From an uncultured Alphaproteobacteria bacterium (lineage in GTDB: Bacteria > Pseudomonadota > Alphaproteobacteria > Rs-D84), in contig CAJOGD010000002.1 in assembly GCA_905233975.1 (NCBI GenBank), forward strand, positions 1,574 through 65,573: a stretch of 64,000 bases of DNA. The letters run 5' to 3'. Shown here in pieces: positions 61,901 to 64,000 of the stretch. The translations under genes and the position numbers were made by a program. Every line of letters starts with the position of its first letter. Positions within the stretch are counted from its first letter, which is position 1. Below the pieces are notes generated by a model. It saw nothing but the letters and a program-made list of their open reading frames with translations, made no database searches and had not been told where the DNA came from.

Positions 61901-64000
61901 ATGGCACCACATATCCGAACAATGGTGCACAGTTCAATGTGGTGTTGTATTTACCGTTCCAAGGTTATTTCCTTAGTGGTATGAACACGCCATATATCGG
62001 AACAAGTGGTTACCTTACCGCCCAGGGACATAATCGCGGGAAAAGCAGAACGACCCCCGAAACGTGGGACGCGCGTTGGGAAGATATCAATTTAACAAAC
62101 ACCTATTTCCAGGCCCAAAATATGCTGTTCAACAGCCTGATTCCAACGCGTTCCGACGGTTATGTCTTTGACGGTTGGTATACCGCGGCAACGGGCGGAC
62201 ATCGTATCATGCAAACCGGTACAGGTCAGATAGTGGAAGTAATCGATTCGGATACGCACGAACAGGTGGTCGTAAGCCAGAATATAGAATGGTATGCGCA
62301 CTGGACACCATGCGCCGCCACCGCGAACGCGGATGCGCACGCGGTTCGTGCGGGCGCGACATCGGAAAATGGTCAGTGTGTGTATAACCTTGTCTGCGAA
62401 TTGTGCCCGGACAATGCCCAGGATTGTTATAGTCAACTTGGGGGAACCGATACGACATATTCGTTTAACTTTACCACCGCCCAAACATCTGGAACATTGC
62501 CGTTGTCTTCGGGCGACCAAGTGGCGTCTTGTTCGGCGCGGTCGTATAATATTAACTATGTTATTGGTGATAATGCGACATTGCCGTCCAGTGGAACACC
62601 GATGACATATACATATGGCGAAGGTGCAACAATTAATGGTGTGCCAACCAAGCCAAACGAAGAGTTCCAAGGTTGGTGCACGAGTGATAGTGCACAGACC
62701 TGCCCTATGACACAGACACTGGACAGCGAAGCACATGGTCATAAGACATTCTGGGCACTGTGGGATTGCGCATTTGGGTATAGAAAATATGCCTATGATA
62801 CGATAACGACCGTATATGATGGCAATGGCGGTTACGCGGGTGGATTTTTCGCGGCGGGAACATGTGCACCAATTCGTTATCGGGTGATGTGCGACAAGAA
62901 TTGCCCCAGCGGCGAAACGTGTAATGCGTGTTTGGAAGACTTTAATTTCGGTGCAGCCAATACTGTGAATAAATATAGTTTGGGTTTTGCCTATAATGGT
63001 ATAACCATCAATCAATCAAATTGTGACTCGATGTGGGCTGGGGATCCTTTGCCTGCGCCGGTATATCATGTGGAACAAGATCCACAGCTCTATATTAATA
63101 ATTTCACACAAACGCCTGATCCAAAGTATGCGGAATTGGCCTGTTGGATATATGATAGCGAGCATTTCACTAATCCTGTTGGTAATTATACTAATGGAAA
63201 TTATGTGACGTTTATGCAGACACTTGCAGGTGAAACATATAACCAAAGCATCAATTTTGGCGCAACGCACTATGAATTTGATGGGTTGTGGACGGCGGAC
63301 GGAAGCCAGCAGAATGGTGACGGTATTCAATACGTTAATTCTAGCGGTTGGGTGGGCCAAGGCAATCAGGCCATAACCAGTGAATATGCTTCGAAATTCT
63401 TTGTTCAGGATACACCGGTTTATGCGCATTGGAAACCAAAAGTATATACCATCACATTGGACAAGCAAGATGGAAACGGTGGTTTGTCGCATATATATGA
63501 AAAGTACAATACTGGATGGTCATACCAGGTCCCATCGTCGACAAATCCAAATGTGACGTATCAGCCGGCGGAAGATTTCACATTCAGCAGTTCCCAAATT
63601 CCGTCGAAAACCGGGCATGATTTTGGTGGATATTGGACAGAGACATCTTGTGGCGGAACATTGGTTGTAAATGCCAATGGGACGATGAACGTTAATGCAA
63701 ATAACGGGACGGTGACAGAAACGGTTGGAAATGCCAAGTTCTTTGGTGCCGCAGGCACGCTTTATGCATGCTGGAATCCACAGAGTTTTGAAATAACTTT
63801 GGATAATGCAAATGCGACAACAAATGGAACCGCAACGATATATACCAAGTATGGTGTCGGGGTGTATTTGAATTCTGGGCTGACACACCAAATGACCCCA
63901 AATCCAGATGGGACGTATCCGATAACGGCGCCGGCGCGTTCATACACCGTCACCTATGACCTGAATTATACGGGCAAGCCGAATGATCATCCGGCGGACG
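55951..64000 (+). CDS. giant secreted repeat protein (adhesin-like), 5' partial: InlB-B-repeat-like modules plus an LRR-like block; continues beyond the window
   Basis: It is not in the ORF track. I translated ATG 55951 (GGAAAGGG RBS, in-frame TAA at 55948) by hand through 64000 and found 2,683 sense codons and no stop. Signal peptide MSRFLRFLKVFVVATICTFSALSAHA. Recurrent Y.(V/I)T(L/F)..N.G...P..(T/K)G..F.G(Y/W)..(T/L)(L/W)YA.W modules. Confidence 0.85.
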   Translation, partial: MSRFLRFLKVFVVATICTFSALSAHAWTVTLVDTSAKYPSEGAGLTHTGTNVTTFQSGSVNSFTRPYRPGYGYGGHWTGQNCTGTRMIEPNLFYNTTYFPAGTTFTEDTTLYVCWKSILSAVGTEYSTGATWTPRAILLLDVNGGTGGKYAEGLSFWSYNSNSWYGGGTSGVNGTCYMENVGGVDLVGFDNYGDWLLLATNNSGTTNWVRVHKLGFGGAGQSDRCYFATGVFGSAGYTPQRANYVFDGYNQNQNGNGFGVIVADETYAPWKLHGADYVMNNMPGSFGQGSTNTIYAKWKPAVYRVNLAGAGVSPSVVYLRYGATDGGWYDTQAHAEVGGNTGKLTSLTTQPSNGDKIFKGYHVGQNGAGTQLVRQNKTFVYSSEALTAITTNGQTIYPYWEEPPAVWYTLTLNDNGAQTSSNPQVLYYSSSCSSTGYRRVMDCSYPVVNSIVTPKKTGYAYGGHYNNGQMYVTMGGAISFHQLTSDVTATATWAALQFDVNYASGWNGNIGGSAPTNPIRCTYGQSCIAPGSGWTHPTGYVFAGWSCVVNGSGYRDGGQQNPNGTATAPCAQAVYHEGDSLSDATNVETVAGITSITLTALWMPDGNNYHKFTLNSNRRDAGGNDGEGRAGSTESAFYSVENVGWFRAKDIDAQITTTPPNIFRPVSEGGGGLNAPTPPSGKWFVGYFTSPDEGQGVKAVDYAGNILVTTTQNGFTADRTLYAHYADPITVTLHAYCDGYDEFNCYPMQPNWTCSECSVTSIQAVPGRPLPAISCAPTRNQSQFIGYSNSREPYPQAGTLYYYSYGSGSVNPALSVWPDDGPTDLWAVWERVPSSIQYVCDTGNGRKDQAYFKCPEYTVLTGGTPDLCPGTAATSSSTGKKFEHWLLDNNRVFTSGQQVSWEYQVPKDLVAAYRTIYRVQLNHNGADNAAGPNVAYFAGGSWYSDEYATVPLSAMNTVPTKLGYQLRGYKVDGTDVFAIDENGNFISNNNNLTSAINTNNITITANWTVKTYIAALDPQFENGATNTSTGTQKIFYNITHGWVASNGSTTPALPITIPTQAYKIFNGYYLNQNGSGYPIIDSTGQILVTGDDALALFAGGDDITLYAAWQNMPTPPQDENSYFRVTTTTNMPANTTFTFGMSAEGDFYVDWGDGIVENISRTGYDQAPQKYSHTYTAASAEARVIKIWGLATRYKPYWYAATAGSAISFGQTFEGPNLTVINGDAPMTPGLVAGISGSLGAVFPTVNGGGNLNNVPGFQGAFSGCTNLAGTIPYNLFSGVTGNRQNMFLKTFENTAVTGISGNATQQAQLFSGITGAAEGLFRETFSGTNITQIPSAIFSGVSGAADYLFYGTFSGCRSFTADGNGDVVVPSGLFNGVSGAANGMFMNTFYNTNITKVPADLFGRVVSGQYQGVSGAAELMFAATFNASDLAEIPSNSSGSLFAKVINGQYYGVTGAASQLFASTFNNTDITEIPSTLFAGISGAAPEMFRDTFGGTDITQIPSSLFSGVSGADSAMFQWTFRGCTHLTGLPHGLFSGVRGTADKLFDSTFMNCANLTGYVWKDLFNLGSGGLTYNASNSMMVDIFKNTGLATSCSPYNLTEYTTNFSSYWENPHKVICAPEVTFSCTMSGVGGTGTPNPANVWMDQISTLSAMPASSNCTAPANHTATGYWKCTGSDNCSGTPNRWVAGGSLPTWLTSATTPNVHFYMEYNPNTYAVTLNPNNANGGASGNTNMTLYEKYGIGWHTNSNGAFSPTFVVSSLPEPQTGKLFGGYYTSATDSNATMVINASGQVIASPNTITSNGTVWYARWNDNNGPFTVTFKCEEGGSAISGYSYSINHGATINVPAANSCSKEGHTFSNWKILANDATIANTTTTYQWNNRFGSDIVPDWQPIQTTITLNPNLPTIASGEHAGEIDGSLVNATYSDFGQTAIYTRYDDGVYRRNEGGVLSEQMLSGQNPLTSSPDKAVNITFNANGGQMVFDGTTYPNNGAQFNVVLYLPFQGYFLSGMNTPYIGTSGYLTAQGHNRGKSRTTPETWDARWEDINLTNTYFQAQNMLFNSLIPTRSDGYVFDGWYTAATGGHRIMQTGTGQIVEVIDSDTHEQVVVSQNIEWYAHWTPCAATANADAHAVRAGATSENGQCVYNLVCELCPDNAQDCYSQLGGTDTTYSFNFTTAQTSGTLPLSSGDQVASCSARSYNINYVIGDNATLPSSGTPMTYTYGEGATINGVPTKPNEEFQGWCTSDSAQTCPMTQTLDSEAHGHKTFWALWDCAFGYRKYAYDTITTVYDGNGGYAGGFFAAGTCAPIRYRVMCDKNCPSGETCNACLEDFNFGAANTVNKYSLGFAYNGITINQSNCDSMWAGDPLPAPVYHVEQDPQLYINNFTQTPDPKYAELACWIYDSEHFTNPVGNYTNGNYVTFMQTLAGETYNQSINFGATHYEFDGLWTADGSQQNGDGIQYVNSSGWVGQGNQAITSEYASKFFVQDTPVYAHWKPKVYTITLDKQDGNGGLSHIYEKYNTGWSYQVPSSTNPNVTYQPAEDFTFSSSQIPSKTGHDFGGYWTETSCGGTLVVNANGTMNVNANNGTVTETVGNAKFFGAAGTLYACWNPQSFEITLDNANATTNGTATIYTKYGVGVYLNSGLTHQMTPNPDGTYPITAPARSYTVTYDLNYTGKPNDHPAD
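59731..60648 (+). repeat. about 10 protein-level LRR-like repeats inside the giant gene
   Basis: LF(S/N)G(V/I)(S/T)GAA..(L/M)F..TF.(G/N)T(N/D)IT(Q/E/K)(I/V)P(S/A) units of 24-36 aa. Confidence 0.7.

Noticed and set aside
61231-63015. Long minus-strand ORFs 61231..61890 (219 aa) and 62092..63015 (307 aa), plus other minus-strand ORFs between 55972 and 63953
   Set aside because: All are antisense or off-frame to the uninterrupted +1 frame from 55951 to 64000. Their translations are Arg/Ile/Cys-rich with no motifs, whereas the + frame gives a coherent repeat protein.

Overview
This 64-kb window appears to be chromosomal DNA from a Gram-negative bacterium, probably an alphaproteobacterium. The taxon is an inference from GcrA, ybgC-tolQ-tolR-tolA, lpxA-lpxB and rplM-rpsI. 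I ran no searches; all calls come from reading the sequence and from remembered family signatures, and coordinates of non-coding elements are accurate to a few nt. The housekeeping backbone includes hisS, prfA, tig, rplM/rpsI, leuS, rpiB, lpxA/lpxB, acpS, argS, ruvB, tcdA, an OmpR/EnvZ-type two-component pair, six tRNAs and RNase P RNA. Interleaved with it are many secreted or surface proteins and several families of short repeats. Main points: (1) The ORF track omits a hand-verified open frame from 55951 to the window end (more than 2,683 codons). It has a signal peptide, InlB-B-repeat-like modules and an LRR-like block. (2) A Hin-family serine invertase gene (35190..35789) lies next to a YadA-type trimeric autotransporter gene. 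Two inverted hix-like sites bracket about 105 bp between them, so this is a predicted phase-variable promoter switch. (3) Two paralogous secreted proteins share a constant N-terminal half and have divergent C-terminal halves. Both have the same promoter geometry and long structured leaders of about 360 nt. (4) Clusters of the heptad GT[AT]AGTG begin at or just after stop codons in the sense orientation at about 9 sites. (5) A 69-71-bp tandem array lies in the prfA-downstream intergenic region. (6) There are tRNA-Pro-associated integration scars and an AT-rich ORF with a single in-frame TAG. (7) An orphan CpaA-like prepilin peptidase heads an operon of large secreted proteins of unknown function. 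I found no CRISPR array, rRNA or complete prophage.
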